A stretch of DNA of 64,000 bases from the NCBI GenBank assembly GCA_051251855.1, contig JBPOGI010000004.1:32001-96000 (forward strand). The letters are read 5' to 3'. How positions within the stretch are numbered: position 1 is the stretch's first letter; each line of letters starts with the position of its first letter. The position numbers and the translations under genes were made by a program. This stretch comes from Roseibacillus sp. GTDB lineage: Bacteria > Verrucomicrobiota > Verrucomicrobiia > Verrucomicrobiales > Akkermansiaceae. The notes under the pieces were generated by a model, which saw nothing but the letters and a program-made list of their open reading frames with translations, ran no database searches and was not told the origin of the DNA. Positions 8,938-17,989 of the stretch are shown here, piece after piece.

Positions 8938-9702
8938 ATGAGCAAATCAGCAATCATCATCGGAGGATCCACAGGCATAGGTCTCGATGCCGCAAAACGT
9001 CTCGGAGCCCGAGGAGTCAAAGTCACCATCATCGGACGAAGCCAAGAGAAACTTGATACCGCCGCCGTTGAACTCAAGGCCGCTGGAGCCCCTGAAGTGA
9101 AGACCAAGTCTCTTGATCTCTACGACCGTTCCGCCGTCGACACCTTCATCTCCGAACTCGTTGCCGATACTCAATGCGGGCCTGATTACCTCGTCAATGC
9201 GGCAGGATATTTCTCCCCCGCCCCCTTCCTCGAACACACGCGTGAGAACTACGCGCAGTACCATGACCTCAACGAATCCTTCTTCTTTATCACTCAAGCC
9301 ATTGCCAAAAAAATGGTCGCTAAGAAGTCCGGTAGTATCGTCAATATCGGCTCCATGTGGGCAAAACAGGCCATCAAAGCCACCCCTTCATCGGCCTACT
9401 CTATGGCCAAGGCTGGCCTTCATGCCATGACTCAACACCTCGCAATGGAACTCGCCGAAAGCGGAGTCAGAGTGAACGCCGTTTCACCTGCAGTAGTAGA
9501 AACGCCCATTTACGGCGCCTTCATTCCACCCGCAGAGGTTCATGAGGCACTGCAGGGCTTCAACGCCTTCCACCCCATTGGTCGCATTGGCCAACCAGCG
9601 GATGTCGGAGCAGCCATTGACTTCCTCCTCAGTGACGAAGCAGCCTGGGTTACCGGAGCAATTTGGGACGTCGACGGCGGAGTCATCGCTGGTCGCAACT
9701 AA
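8938..9702 (+). CDS. Short-chain dehydrogenase/reductase
   Basis: GGSTGIG, NAAG, YSMAK (YxxxK), VNAVSPA, DVDGG. Confidence 0.94.
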   Translation: MSKSAIIIGGSTGIGLDAAKRLGARGVKVTIIGRSQEKLDTAAVELKAAGAPEVKTKSLDLYDRSAVDTFISELVADTQCGPDYLVNAAGYFSPAPFLEHTRENYAQYHDLNESFFFITQAIAKKMVAKKSGSIVNIGSMWAKQAIKATPSSAYSMAKAGLHAMTQHLAMELAESGVRVNAVSPAVVETPIYGAFIPPAEVHEALQGFNAFHPIGRIGQPADVGAAIDFLLSDEAAWVTGAIWDVDGGVIAGRN

Positions 9703-9714
9703 ATCGATTCTCAG

Positions 9715-9753
9715 AAAAGACAGGCTTCGATTCCAATCGATGCCTGTCTTTTT
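9715..9753 (+). terminator. Intrinsic terminator after SDR
   Basis: AAAAGACAGGC...GCCTGTCTTTTT hairpin. Confidence 0.75.
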
Positions 9754-9912
9754 CCTTTTCCCCATCTCCCTTTCACTCAGGCCAAACCTAGCAAAATTAG
9801 CCTTTGACGGAGCATTTTTGCCTAAACCTTCCTCAGCACTCAAAAAAACTCCCTCTCAACTCATCTTTGCAGTTCAAAAATCCCGCTTCCTCGCCTATTC
9901 CCCTCCCCACAC

Positions 9913-11193
9913 ATGAAGATCGTAGTCGCATACTCCGGAGGTCTCGATACCTCAGTTCTCCTCAAATGGCTCAAAGACAAATACTCTGCTGAGATCATCG
10001 CCTACTGCGCCGACGTCGGTCAGGACGACGAACTCGACGGCCTCGAAGAAAAAGCGCTCACCACCGGAGCCTCCAAGTGCTTCATCGGCGACCTCAAGGA
10101 AGACTTCGCCGCCAACTACATCTACCCCATGTTCCGCGCCAACGCCCTCTACGAAGGTCGCTACCTCCTCGGAACCTCCATCGCTCGCCCCTGTATCTCC
10201 AAAGGAATGGTCGATTGCGCCATCGCCGAGGGAGCCGACGCCATCGCTCACGGAGCCACCGGCAAAGGAAACGACCAAGTGCGTTTCGAACTTTCCGTGG
10301 CCGCCCTCGCCCCCCAGCTCAAGATGATCGCCCCTTGGCGCGACGACTCCTTCCGCGAAGACTTTCCCGGCCGTGCCGAGATGATTGCTTACTCCGAAGC
10401 CAACGGAATTCCCATCAAGGCTTCCATGAAAAAGCCCTACTCGATGGACCGCAACCTCCTCCACATTTCCTACGAAGCCGGAGCCCTCGAAGACACCTGG
10501 TATGACGGCACCACCGATGCCGACAAGGATATGTATACCCTCTCCGTCGCACCCGAGGACGCACCCGACAAACCCCAATACCTACAACTCCTTTTTGACA
10601 AAGGCGACGTGGTGGGCCTCAAGACTGACGGCCTCGACGAAGTTATCGCCAAGCTTGGCGACGTCACCGCCACCGGCGAAGCAGACGGCTACACCCTCCT
10701 CAACCCCTACGGCGTCATGCGCGTCCTCAACTTCCTCGGCGGAGCCCACGGCATCGGCCGCATCGATATCGTCGAAAACCGCTTTGTCGGTATGAAGTCC
10801 CGCGGCATCTACGAAACCCCGGGCGGCACCATCCTTCTCGCGGCTCATCAAGACCTCGAGACCCTCGTCATCGACCGCGAAGCCCAGCACGTGCGCGACA
10901 GCCTCATCCCCAAGTACGCCCAGCTCGTCTACAACGGTTTCTGGTTCGCCCCCGAGCGCGAAGCCATCCAAGCCCTCGTCGATAGCACCCAGGAGAAAGT
11001 CTCCGGCGAAGTGCGCGTCAAACTCTACAAAGGCAACATCATCAACTGCGGTCGCCGCAGTGTGCACACCCTCTACGACGAAGCCGTCGCCACCATGGAA
11101 GGCGGCCAAGAAGAGGCCTACAACCAGAACGACGCAACCGGCTTCATTGCCCTCAATGCTCTGCGCTTGAAGGCCAATGCAAGACAGAAGTAG
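9913..11193 (+). CDS. argG: Argininosuccinate synthase
   Basis: [50 protein letters not shown]. Confidence 0.97.
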   Translation: MKIVVAYSGGLDTSVLLKWLKDKYSAEIIAYCADVGQDDELDGLEEKALTTGASKCFIGDLKEDFAANYIYPMFRANALYEGRYLLGTSIARPCISKGMVDCAIAEGADAIAHGATGKGNDQVRFELSVAALAPQLKMIAPWRDDSFREDFPGRAEMIAYSEANGIPIKASMKKPYSMDRNLLHISYEAGALEDTWYDGTTDADKDMYTLSVAPEDAPDKPQYLQLLFDKGDVVGLKTDGLDEVIAKLGDVTATGEADGYTLLNPYGVMRVLNFLGGAHGIGRIDIVENRFVGMKSRGIYETPGGTILLAAHQDLETLVIDREAQHVRDSLIPKYAQLVYNGFWFAPEREAIQALVDSTQEKVSGEVRVKLYKGNIINCGRRSVHTLYDEAVATMEGGQEEAYNQNDATGFIALNALRLKANARQK

Positions 11194-11220
11194 AAGACCT
11201 TCAACCACTCAAAGTGAAAC

Positions 11221-11251
11221 AAGGGCTGGGCATCTAACGCCCAGCCTTTTT
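11221..11251 (+). terminator. Terminator between argG and the convergent sulfotransferase
   Basis: AAGGGCTGGGC-atctaac-GCCCAGCCTT followed by a T-run. Confidence 0.8.
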
Positions 11252-11267
11252 CATTGTTCACCCTTCG

Positions 11268-12242
11268 CTAATGATGATGGTCGTGGTCATGCTCTGACCT
11301 TGGGAAACGAGGCTCATTCCAATGACTCAAGTCGCGCCCTAACAACTCGCCTAACTTCGCCACTTCGGGCTCAAACTCTTCCAACAATTCCTCCTCTAGG
11401 ATAGAGTCGATTTTCTTGTCGGACATTGGGGCAAAGACTTTGTCCGCAATTTTGCGATACTTTTCTTCCAAAGACTTTCCGAAAAAGTTCTTCAATCCCC
11501 CACCCCCTGGGATTCGGTCCATCACTCGACCAACCGCCAAATCGAAATGATGAGTCCCACGCAGGGTTGGAGAATCATTCTCTCGGGTCACTTCTAATTC
11601 GACCGTCGAATCTGCTCCGAGAAAACCCAGAAGTTCCTTTAAAAACGCCTGTGGTTCTGCCGCAAAGTCTTCCCGTAAACCCACGAACACATTCTCGCGA
11701 CCAAAGGCCTCAAAGTATCGCTCCACCTGCTCTGAAAAGCGCGCGGCCTCACGATACTGCAAGCAGCCCGAAAACGCCGAACGCCGAGGGAGGTTCCGCC
11801 CCTCTTTCCGATCCGCTTCCAAACCGAGCGCCTCGCCGAAACTCACCTTATCTTCATAGGCATAACGCAGTAAGTCATGATGCCAAGAGCGCATCCAAGT
11901 CACCGGAGGGCGCAACATGATCACAATCTTCGCATTGGGCTCGAACTCTTTGATTCGAACAGGAGCTTCCTTCGAAAAAATTTTCCAAGCCGACGCTGTT
12001 CCACAAATCGAATCTTCGGGAGCGTCTTCAAACATCTTGAGATACTCCTTATCTCCTATCACCCGTAACCAATCCGCAATCCCGAGGTCGCCGCAAAAAT
12101 GAAAAGGCTCTTTGTGTAACCAAAACCGCGCGGGATCATCGCTATAGGGCATAAAGAGACCCGGATGCTGCCGAAGACATTCGTAAAGAGCCGTCGTCCC
12201 GCATTTGGCGGCACCGACGATGAAGAAACTGGGGCGATTCAT
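11268..12242 (-). CDS. PAPS-dependent sulfotransferase
   Basis: Start at ATG 12242: FFIVGAAKCGTT (5'-PSB), KEPFHF, MLRPPVTWMRSW (3'-PB); His-rich tail EHDHDHHH. Confidence 0.88.
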   Translation of the reverse strand: MNRPSFFIVGAAKCGTTALYECLRQHPGLFMPYSDDPARFWLHKEPFHFCGDLGIADWLRVIGDKEYLKMFEDAPEDSICGTASAWKIFSKEAPVRIKEFEPNAKIVIMLRPPVTWMRSWHHDLLRYAYEDKVSFGEALGLEADRKEGRNLPRRSAFSGCLQYREAARFSEQVERYFEAFGRENVFVGLREDFAAEPQAFLKELLGFLGADSTVELEVTRENDSPTLRGTHHFDLAVGRVMDRIPGGGGLKNFFGKSLEEKYRKIADKVFAPMSDKKIDSILEEELLEEFEPEVAKLGELLGRDLSHWNEPRFPRSEHDHDHHH

Positions 12243-12476
12243 AGATGAGGCGGAGACGAGGATAAACACCCTTCTCGCCAAAAAGTCGCGCTCAATATCC
12301 CACAGATGCCGTCCTTTTCTCAATATCCTCCTTCTTTCGCCAGAAAAGGCACTAGGCATCAACACAGAGAGCCCCCTCACCCCTTAAATTGGGAGGCTTC
12401 TCTTCCTTGCCAAAGACAGAGAACCTCAATTTCGGCTTTGCGCACCCAGCGTCCCTGTCACACTTCGCGGGGGAAC

Positions 12477-13145
12477 ATGACTTTTGTCTTTGGAGATATT
12501 CACGGCTGTCTTAGCTCGTTCAACGCCTTGATGGAGTTCATCTCTCCAGGTGCAGACGATGTGATAGTCACGCTTGGCGACTACACCGACCGTGGCCCAG
12601 CCTCCAAGGGCGTCCTAGACCGCCTCATCCAACTGGAACAAGAAATCAACTTGGTCGCCCTTCGAGGAAATCACGAAATCATGATGGAGGAAGCGCGATC
12701 CGGACCACCTGCCTCTTCCTTTTGGCTTCTTAACGGCGGTATCGAAACCCTCGCCTCTTACCAGTCTCGTAAGCTCTCCGATGTTCCCGAAGCTCACTGG
12801 ACATTCTTCCATTCTCTCAAGCCCTTTCATATGGTGGATCGATTCCTTCTCACCCACGCTACCCCCCCTTTCGACAAGGCCCCCGATGATTGTGACGAAG
12901 ACGAGCTCTACTGGCAGCGCTTTCACGATCTTCAACCAAGGGAAGATGGAAAATTCCTTGTCTGTGGTCACACCCCTCAAGACCAATCCATACCAGCCGT
13001 TAAGGAAGGAAACATCTGTATTGATACCGGCTGTGTTCACGGCGGATACCTCACCGCGCTCACTCTCGAAACGGGCGAGTATCTCCAAGCCAGCGAAGAA
13101 GGTGATTATCGAGATGGTGAAGTCGACCTCTCCTTTCCTGCATAG
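12477..13145 (+). CDS. Ser/Thr protein phosphatase (PPP/metallophosphoesterase)
   Basis: GDIHG, GDYTDRG, RGNHE, GHTP, IDTG; ATG at 12477. Confidence 0.92.
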   Translation: MTFVFGDIHGCLSSFNALMEFISPGADDVIVTLGDYTDRGPASKGVLDRLIQLEQEINLVALRGNHEIMMEEARSGPPASSFWLLNGGIETLASYQSRKLSDVPEAHWTFFHSLKPFHMVDRFLLTHATPPFDKAPDDCDEDELYWQRFHDLQPREDGKFLVCGHTPQDQSIPAVKEGNICIDTGCVHGGYLTALTLETGEYLQASEEGDYRDGEVDLSFPA

Positions 13146-13179
13146 TTGAGCAACACTCAGCCATCGGGAAACGAGCTCG

Positions 13180-13779
13180 CTATCGATAGAAACGGTAGTG
13201 CCCTGTTATCGGAAAATCGAAGAGACGCCCCTCCTCTTTCGTGCCCGCTCCAATATTATGAATCACCAATGGAACTCCCTTCGAGTCCTTCTTGTCCGAG
13301 ACGATCATGATATGAGGCAACTTTCCTGCCACCGTACAGGTCACCAAATCACCGGGTAAATAGCTCTCTTTATCCTTAGTCACGGCAAGAGACTTCCCTT
13401 TGCGCGTAAGAAAGGTTCGGAGATTAGGAACTCGGCGATGATCTATACTCCGATCAGTCCTGCGCAGCCCCCAAATTTTTGGATACTTGGAGAAGTTTGC
13501 CTTCATGTCTTCATGAACCAACTTCTGCAAATCATGGCCTGCCTTTCGCAAGGCACGTATCACCACGTCAGTGCAAACTCCTGTTTCTTGGGGCACATCC
13601 CCTCCGGGATAGTCGAGAGAGACATAATCAGGCACGTAGCGAGTCGTGACTCCAATCTGTTGGCGGGCAGCTTCCGCAATCGCGTGATTGCTTTCAGCAA
13701 CGGTCTTCGCCTTCGCGACCTCTTGTCCAATGAGAATTTTCGGTAGCAACAAAAGGCTGAACAGCAGAAAGGTCTTCAC
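13180..13779 (-). CDS. DUF1287 (YijF-like) secreted protein
   Basis: Signal peptide; YPGGDVP..GVCTDVVIRA, IDHRRVPNL, LPHIMIVS, HNIG. Confidence 0.88.
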   Translation of the reverse strand: MKTFLLFSLLLLPKILIGQEVAKAKTVAESNHAIAEAARQQIGVTTRYVPDYVSLDYPGGDVPQETGVCTDVVIRALRKAGHDLQKLVHEDMKANFSKYPKIWGLRRTDRSIDHRRVPNLRTFLTRKGKSLAVTKDKESYLPGDLVTCTVAGKLPHIMIVSDKKDSKGVPLVIHNIGAGTKEEGRLFDFPITGHYRFYR

Positions 13780-13817
13780 CTCTTAATCATGCAGCCTTTA
13801 CCCCCGCTTTGACAAGA

Positions 13818-14297
13818 CTAGTAGTCGTTCGTCCATGAAGACTCTTCCGCAAGGGGAGGCAACAGAGAATGAGCTTCGCTTTGAGACTTCACCGGCATGA
13901 AACGACCGCCAATCGATGGCAATGGACGAAAACTGTCAGCCAACGTCTCCGTCCGAAACTCAAGAGCGGTGTAATCTTTCGCCAGACTCTCCATCAAGAC
14001 GTCTTGGGAACTTTGCTTGGACTGCAGAAGCTGCATTTGGGCCTGCACTCCAGCGAGTTGCTCAAGAAAATTATCTTGGTTCTCTTGCAAGCGAATCTGC
14101 AGGTTCTCCTCCACATCAACAAGCACCTCTTCCATCCGCTCGCCAACATCGGCTAACTCGACTTGCTGGGCTTCGACCTGTTGGCCTTCCTGAAACTCAG
14201 CGACCTGATTCTCAACTTCCTTATGATGGTTGAATCCAACAGAAGCCATGCCTCCTAGGGACATCGCTGCAGTGATAATGGTTAATTGTGGGCTCAT
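13818..14297 (-). CDS. Hypothetical coiled-coil protein with N-terminal anchor (pilus-cluster tail)
   Basis: Hydrophobic N-terminus, Q/E-rich heptads; ATGA overlap with the upstream gene. Confidence 0.7.
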   Translation of the reverse strand: MSPQLTIITAAMSLGGMASVGFNHHKEVENQVAEFQEGQQVEAQQVELADVGERMEEVLVDVEENLQIRLQENQDNFLEQLAGVQAQMQLLQSKQSSQDVLMESLAKDYTALEFRTETLADSFRPLPSIGGRFMPVKSQSEAHSLLPPLAEESSWTNDY

Positions 14298-14719
14298 GAT
14301 TCTTTCTGATTTTCAGTTGATGCAGGCAAGCTCAACAGCAGTGCCTTGAGGCGATTAAGTAGTAAAGTAAGCTCTTCCTCGGACTGGGCCAGATTGATGT
14401 TCTGCTCTTCAAGGACCTCCTCCATGTTCTGCCCAGAAGCATTCTCCAAAGGATTAGAAACAGTAAATTTTGAGGCATTGTCGACGATAGGCTTCAGTCC
14501 GAAGGGTTTCACGAACACCCTCTTCTTTTCCCCATCCTTCATCTCGATCCACTTCTCGATAGCTGGCGCATCGACGAGCTCTACAACCTCCCACCCCTCC
14601 GGAACCTCCCCTTGGATCTCGAAGGTCAACGAAGCCTTTTCCTGCTCTTCAGCATAAGACGGAAACATCATGCCCCAAAGGACTAGAAAAAGGCCGACTA
14701 CTTTCATTGTCAAAGTCAT
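14294..14719 (-). CDS. Hypothetical secreted protein with C-terminal helix/coiled coil
   Basis: Signal peptide ending SYA; operonic packing. Confidence 0.7.
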   Translation of the reverse strand: MTLTMKVVGLFLVLWGMMFPSYAEEQEKASLTFEIQGEVPEGWEVVELVDAPAIEKWIEMKDGEKKRVFVKPFGLKPIVDNASKFTVSNPLENASGQNMEEVLEEQNINLAQSEEELTLLLNRLKALLLSLPASTENQKES

Positions 14720-14735
14720 CTCTATTTTCAGAAAA

Positions 14736-15506
14736 TTAAGGATTTGCGTTCATCGCCTGACCTTCGGGTAGAACCGAATTAGGCACGGACTTCGACACCA
14801 AGAGATTCCAGCTTTCTAACAACTCAACACCATTGGCCTGAACTTCACGCACTTTCTGGAGATGTTCCTCTATGTCGCTCGCCAGTTGGTGAGCTTCAGC
14901 GATAGAACCCTCGTTCCATGACAAGACATTCTCAGGATACAAAACGGGCAAAGAGACGGTAAATTTTTCGAGCTCTCCGTTGAGGGACTCGACTTCCACG
15001 ATTTGCTCCACCCCCAAAGTTGTCGCAATCATTTGCGGTGAATGTGGGGCTTCGCTCCGCAATGGCTCTAGACCAGGTAATTCGTTGGCAATGAGCGCTT
15101 CGCTCTCAGGCCACGGTGAAAGCTCAACCTTCTCTACAGAAGGTGGGATTACATCCACAACTTCGGCAACCTCGGAACTCTCCATTTGAGAGGTCACAGC
15201 TCCCTCCTCGGCCACAATCACCGGCTTGGTTAGGTAGAGAAAAAGAAAGACAGCAGTAAGCGTCGTGCTAAAGAAGAGCAAGGGGGGGTAAAATCGAGTT
15301 AACGACTTAATTTCAGGTTTCTCTTCACGAGCATTCGGCAGCGGCCTTCCCTCTACTGCGATTGGAAGCGGCTCATTCCAGCGCTTTACCGGAAACGGCT
15401 CCACATTAGAAGTTGGTGTTCTAGCAATCAGTTCTGTGCCTTGATCAAGGCGTTGAATCTTATATCTTTCAGCGCTCATAGCGTGTTGCGTAGGTGATTT
15501 CGACAT
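14736..15506 (-). CDS. Hypothetical bitopic membrane protein
   Basis: Single TM (LLFFSTTLTAVFLFLYL), Pro/Glu-rich linker, C-terminal helical domain; start uncertain. Confidence 0.7.
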   Translation of the reverse strand: MSKSPTQHAMSAERYKIQRLDQGTELIARTPTSNVEPFPVKRWNEPLPIAVEGRPLPNAREEKPEIKSLTRFYPPLLFFSTTLTAVFLFLYLTKPVIVAEEGAVTSQMESSEVAEVVDVIPPSVEKVELSPWPESEALIANELPGLEPLRSEAPHSPQMIATTLGVEQIVEVESLNGELEKFTVSLPVLYPENVLSWNEGSIAEAHQLASDIEEHLQKVREVQANGVELLESWNLLVSKSVPNSVLPEGQAMNANP

Positions 15507-15924
15507 CGCTCGTCGAGGTTGGAAACTTTGTCAGAGTAAGGAGCTTAGCATTAATAACAATGTGTCGCACCACCTCCCCTTGGTCAGAAATAGCTTTCAC
15601 TCCGGGGCTCAGATTCTCGCCGGCAGCATCAAAAATGTCTCCGCTGTAGTAGATTTGAAATGCGAGAAAATTCTCATTCTGCCCTTCGGGGCTAATGCGA
15701 ACATCGATTCCGTCTGTAAAAACTCTAAAAATGAGATCGCCCTTATTAATTTCGGTGGCTTCCCCCAACTTCGTTATCACAGATTTGGTCACCTGAAAGG
15801 AACCGATCTCGCGAAATTCGGTCGTCTCCTCTCCCCTAAGCTTCGTGTCAGATGGAAGAAGTTCTCCTGCTCCCATCAAAGCGAAAGACATAAGAACAAT
15901 AGTAGCCGCAAATTTAACTCTCAT
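15469..15924 (-). CDS. Hypothetical secreted beta-rich protein
   Basis: ATG 15924 overlaps the minor-pilin stop (TAATG); signal peptide MRVKFAATIVLMSFALMGA. Confidence 0.7.
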   Translation of the reverse strand: MRVKFAATIVLMSFALMGAGELLPSDTKLRGEETTEFREIGSFQVTKSVITKLGEATEINKGDLIFRVFTDGIDVRISPEGQNENFLAFQIYYSGDIFDAAGENLSPGVKAISDQGEVVRHIVINAKLLTLTKFPTSTSDVEITYATRYER

Positions 15925-16340
15925 TACTTGCCGACATCCCAAAGTGAATCGTTAGCGGAACCAGACTTGTCGTAAATATTTCCTCCACTATCGAGACAAA
16001 CAGGCGGCACAACGGTGACGTCCACGGTAAGAGTCTTGCCCTCCAAGTCCTTGGCGGTAGGAAGACTGGTTGGGCTTCCAGGAAGATATCCTGCCACTTC
16101 TACAGCGGTAAGGCTGCTCACCGCACGTTGGTGGTTGTCCGCGAGAAATTCTCGTTGAGCCACTTCAACTTCCCGCAAAACACTGGAGGCTTCTTTGCCC
16201 TTCTGCCAATCCCCAATCGAACCCGCAGAGGCAAAGAATGCACCTGTGAGCGTCAAGAGAACCAAAATGACCACCGTCATCTCGATCAAAGTTAATCCCA
16301 AGCGCCTCTGTAAGGGACGAGAACTACCACAAAGCTTCAT
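15924..16340 (-). CDS. Type IV pilin/pseudopilin (minor)
   Basis: Class III signal RRLG|LTLIEMTVVILVLLTL with Glu5. Confidence 0.88.
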   Translation of the reverse strand: MKLCGSSRPLQRRLGLTLIEMTVVILVLLTLTGAFFASAGSIGDWQKGKEASSVLREVEVAQREFLADNHQRAVSSLTAVEVAGYLPGSPTSLPTAKDLEGKTLTVDVTVVPPVCLDSGGNIYDKSGSANDSLWDVGK

Positions 16341-16375
16341 TTCGCTAAACTATCAAAAAAAACGTAATTTAGCAC

Positions 16376-16396
16376 TGATTTTTTACGAAAAAATCA
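16376..16396. promoter_or_regulatory. AT-rich palindrome upstream of the minor pilin (internal promoter/operator candidate)
   Basis: TGATTTTTT-acg-AAAAAATCA, adjacent to a minus-strand TGcTAAATT extended -10-like element. Confidence 0.4.
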
Positions 16397-16412
16397 ACTT
16401 CGGTTCCTGAAA

Positions 16413-16826
16413 CTAGTTCTCAGCAAAAATCGCTACTGCTTCTTTAAGATTTTCCATAAAAATAGGATCACTTGTCAGCTTCTTGAACATCTTTAGTGAA
16501 CCATAGGTCAACCCCATCAGAGAGACCATCCAGAACACGCTCAGCAACACACTCCCGCCCTTCGGACTGATGATCGGTTTCAACACCGTCTTTTTCTCAA
16601 CGACCTGAGTTTTAAACATCAGCCCCCCCTCTCCTAACTTCGTGATAAGCTTGTCCGCCGACGAATTTGAATTCGCTATCATCCGATAGCGATACTTGTT
16701 AGATGGCGACACTGGCAACTCTCTTACCTTGATCCCCCGAGGTAATTTCTCTGGTAACCGCAGAGTATAGACATGAGTCTGAAGGAGTAGTTTCTCTCGA
16801 AGCCAGTGATCGACAGGGGTGAGCAT
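16413..16826 (-). CDS. Hypothetical membrane-anchored protein
   Basis: Basic N-domain plus C-terminal TM; 11 bp after pilC. Confidence 0.7.
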   Translation of the reverse strand: MLTPVDHWLREKLLLQTHVYTLRLPEKLPRGIKVRELPVSPSNKYRYRMIANSNSSADKLITKLGEGGLMFKTQVVEKKTVLKPIISPKGGSVLLSVFWMVSLMGLTYGSLKMFKKLTSDPIFMENLKEAVAIFAEN

Positions 16827-16837
16827 AATATTGAGGG

Positions 16838-17989
16838 TTAGAATCCTGAGTTCATCATCTTTGGCCCCATCATGAAGATTGGCATGAAGGTTCCGATAAA
16901 GACGGAAGCAATGAGAATAACAGCAATAATCAAAACCAGAAGGTTAAGAATGTTCGTGAAGTCGCTCATGTGGTTCTGAGCTTCCTCTTCTAACATCTCT
17001 GAAAGAAGCTTCAGTTGCATATCAAGGGAAGCGGTCCTCTCTCCAATCGCCAACATATGAACCACTTGATCGTCGGCAGAAGTATACCGTCCAAAGGCAG
17101 TTGTGATTGGAACCCCTGTGTGCTCATACTTGTCAGCTGCAGTAAGTAGCTCCTTATAAAAAGGCGTTCTTTTAACACTGTTTGCCGATACTCGAATCGA
17201 TTTTGCTAGGTTGATTCCATTTGAGTAAAGCAGCTCCATCGTACCGAGAAAGGTTGATTGACGAAGACTCATAATAAGCAAGCGAAAGACCCTCCATTTG
17301 GACATCAACAAAACCATGGCAAAGTTGCGGACCTTATCAACAAAGGCCACCGTACAAATGGCCGCGATCATTAAGGGCAAAGCAAACATCCATACGTCCT
17401 GGGTAAAGTGACTCACCTTAAAAGCAATAGCGGTGAATCCATCGGGCTCCTGCCCAACATCTGTGAGCATCTCCTCAACTTGAGGAACAATTTTCACCTG
17501 CGCCATAATGAAAGCGCCGATCAAAATCGAGATCACAATTGAAGGCATGATGGTCGCCTTCCGAATCGCGGCCTCAAACGAGAGATCTGATTTAATCCTT
17601 TTAGCCAATGCAGTAAATGCTCGGTCCAATTGACCAGAATCCGAACCAGCCTGAATCAGGCCCAACGTCATATCGTTGAATCGGCCAGTCTTGCGAAACG
17701 CCTCATGAATAGAAACACCCGCGGTAATCTCTCGATTCACTTTCATCAAGTCTCCGGAGAGGACCTTGTTAGGAAGACCTTGCGCATAGAAGCGAACGGC
17801 GTCCGCGGTGTTGATCTGAGCCTTCAGCATGGAGCCAATTCCTCGAAAGAGTTGTAGCTGCTCCTTTTTCTTGAGTGGCTTCGGTCCCGCCGGCCCAATC
17901 GTAATGAAAGGTTTAGCTGCGGGCTTGGCCTGACCTCGAGCCCCTTTTCCTGCGCTCGCGGGCGCTTGTTTTGCTGTAGCACTATTCAT
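16838..17989 (-). CDS. pilC: PilC/GspF inner-membrane platform protein
   Basis: Two T2SSF repeats (GLIQAGSDSGQLD; HMLAIGERTASLD), three TMs, FMPIF. Confidence 0.9.
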   Translation of the reverse strand: MNSATAKQAPASAGKGARGQAKPAAKPFITIGPAGPKPLKKKEQLQLFRGIGSMLKAQINTADAVRFYAQGLPNKVLSGDLMKVNREITAGVSIHEAFRKTGRFNDMTLGLIQAGSDSGQLDRAFTALAKRIKSDLSFEAAIRKATIMPSIVISILIGAFIMAQVKIVPQVEEMLTDVGQEPDGFTAIAFKVSHFTQDVWMFALPLMIAAICTVAFVDKVRNFAMVLLMSKWRVFRLLIMSLRQSTFLGTMELLYSNGINLAKSIRVSANSVKRTPFYKELLTAADKYEHTGVPITTAFGRYTSADDQVVHMLAIGERTASLDMQLKLLSEMLEEEAQNHMSDFTNILNLLVLIIAVILIASVFIGTFMPIFMMGPKMMNSGF

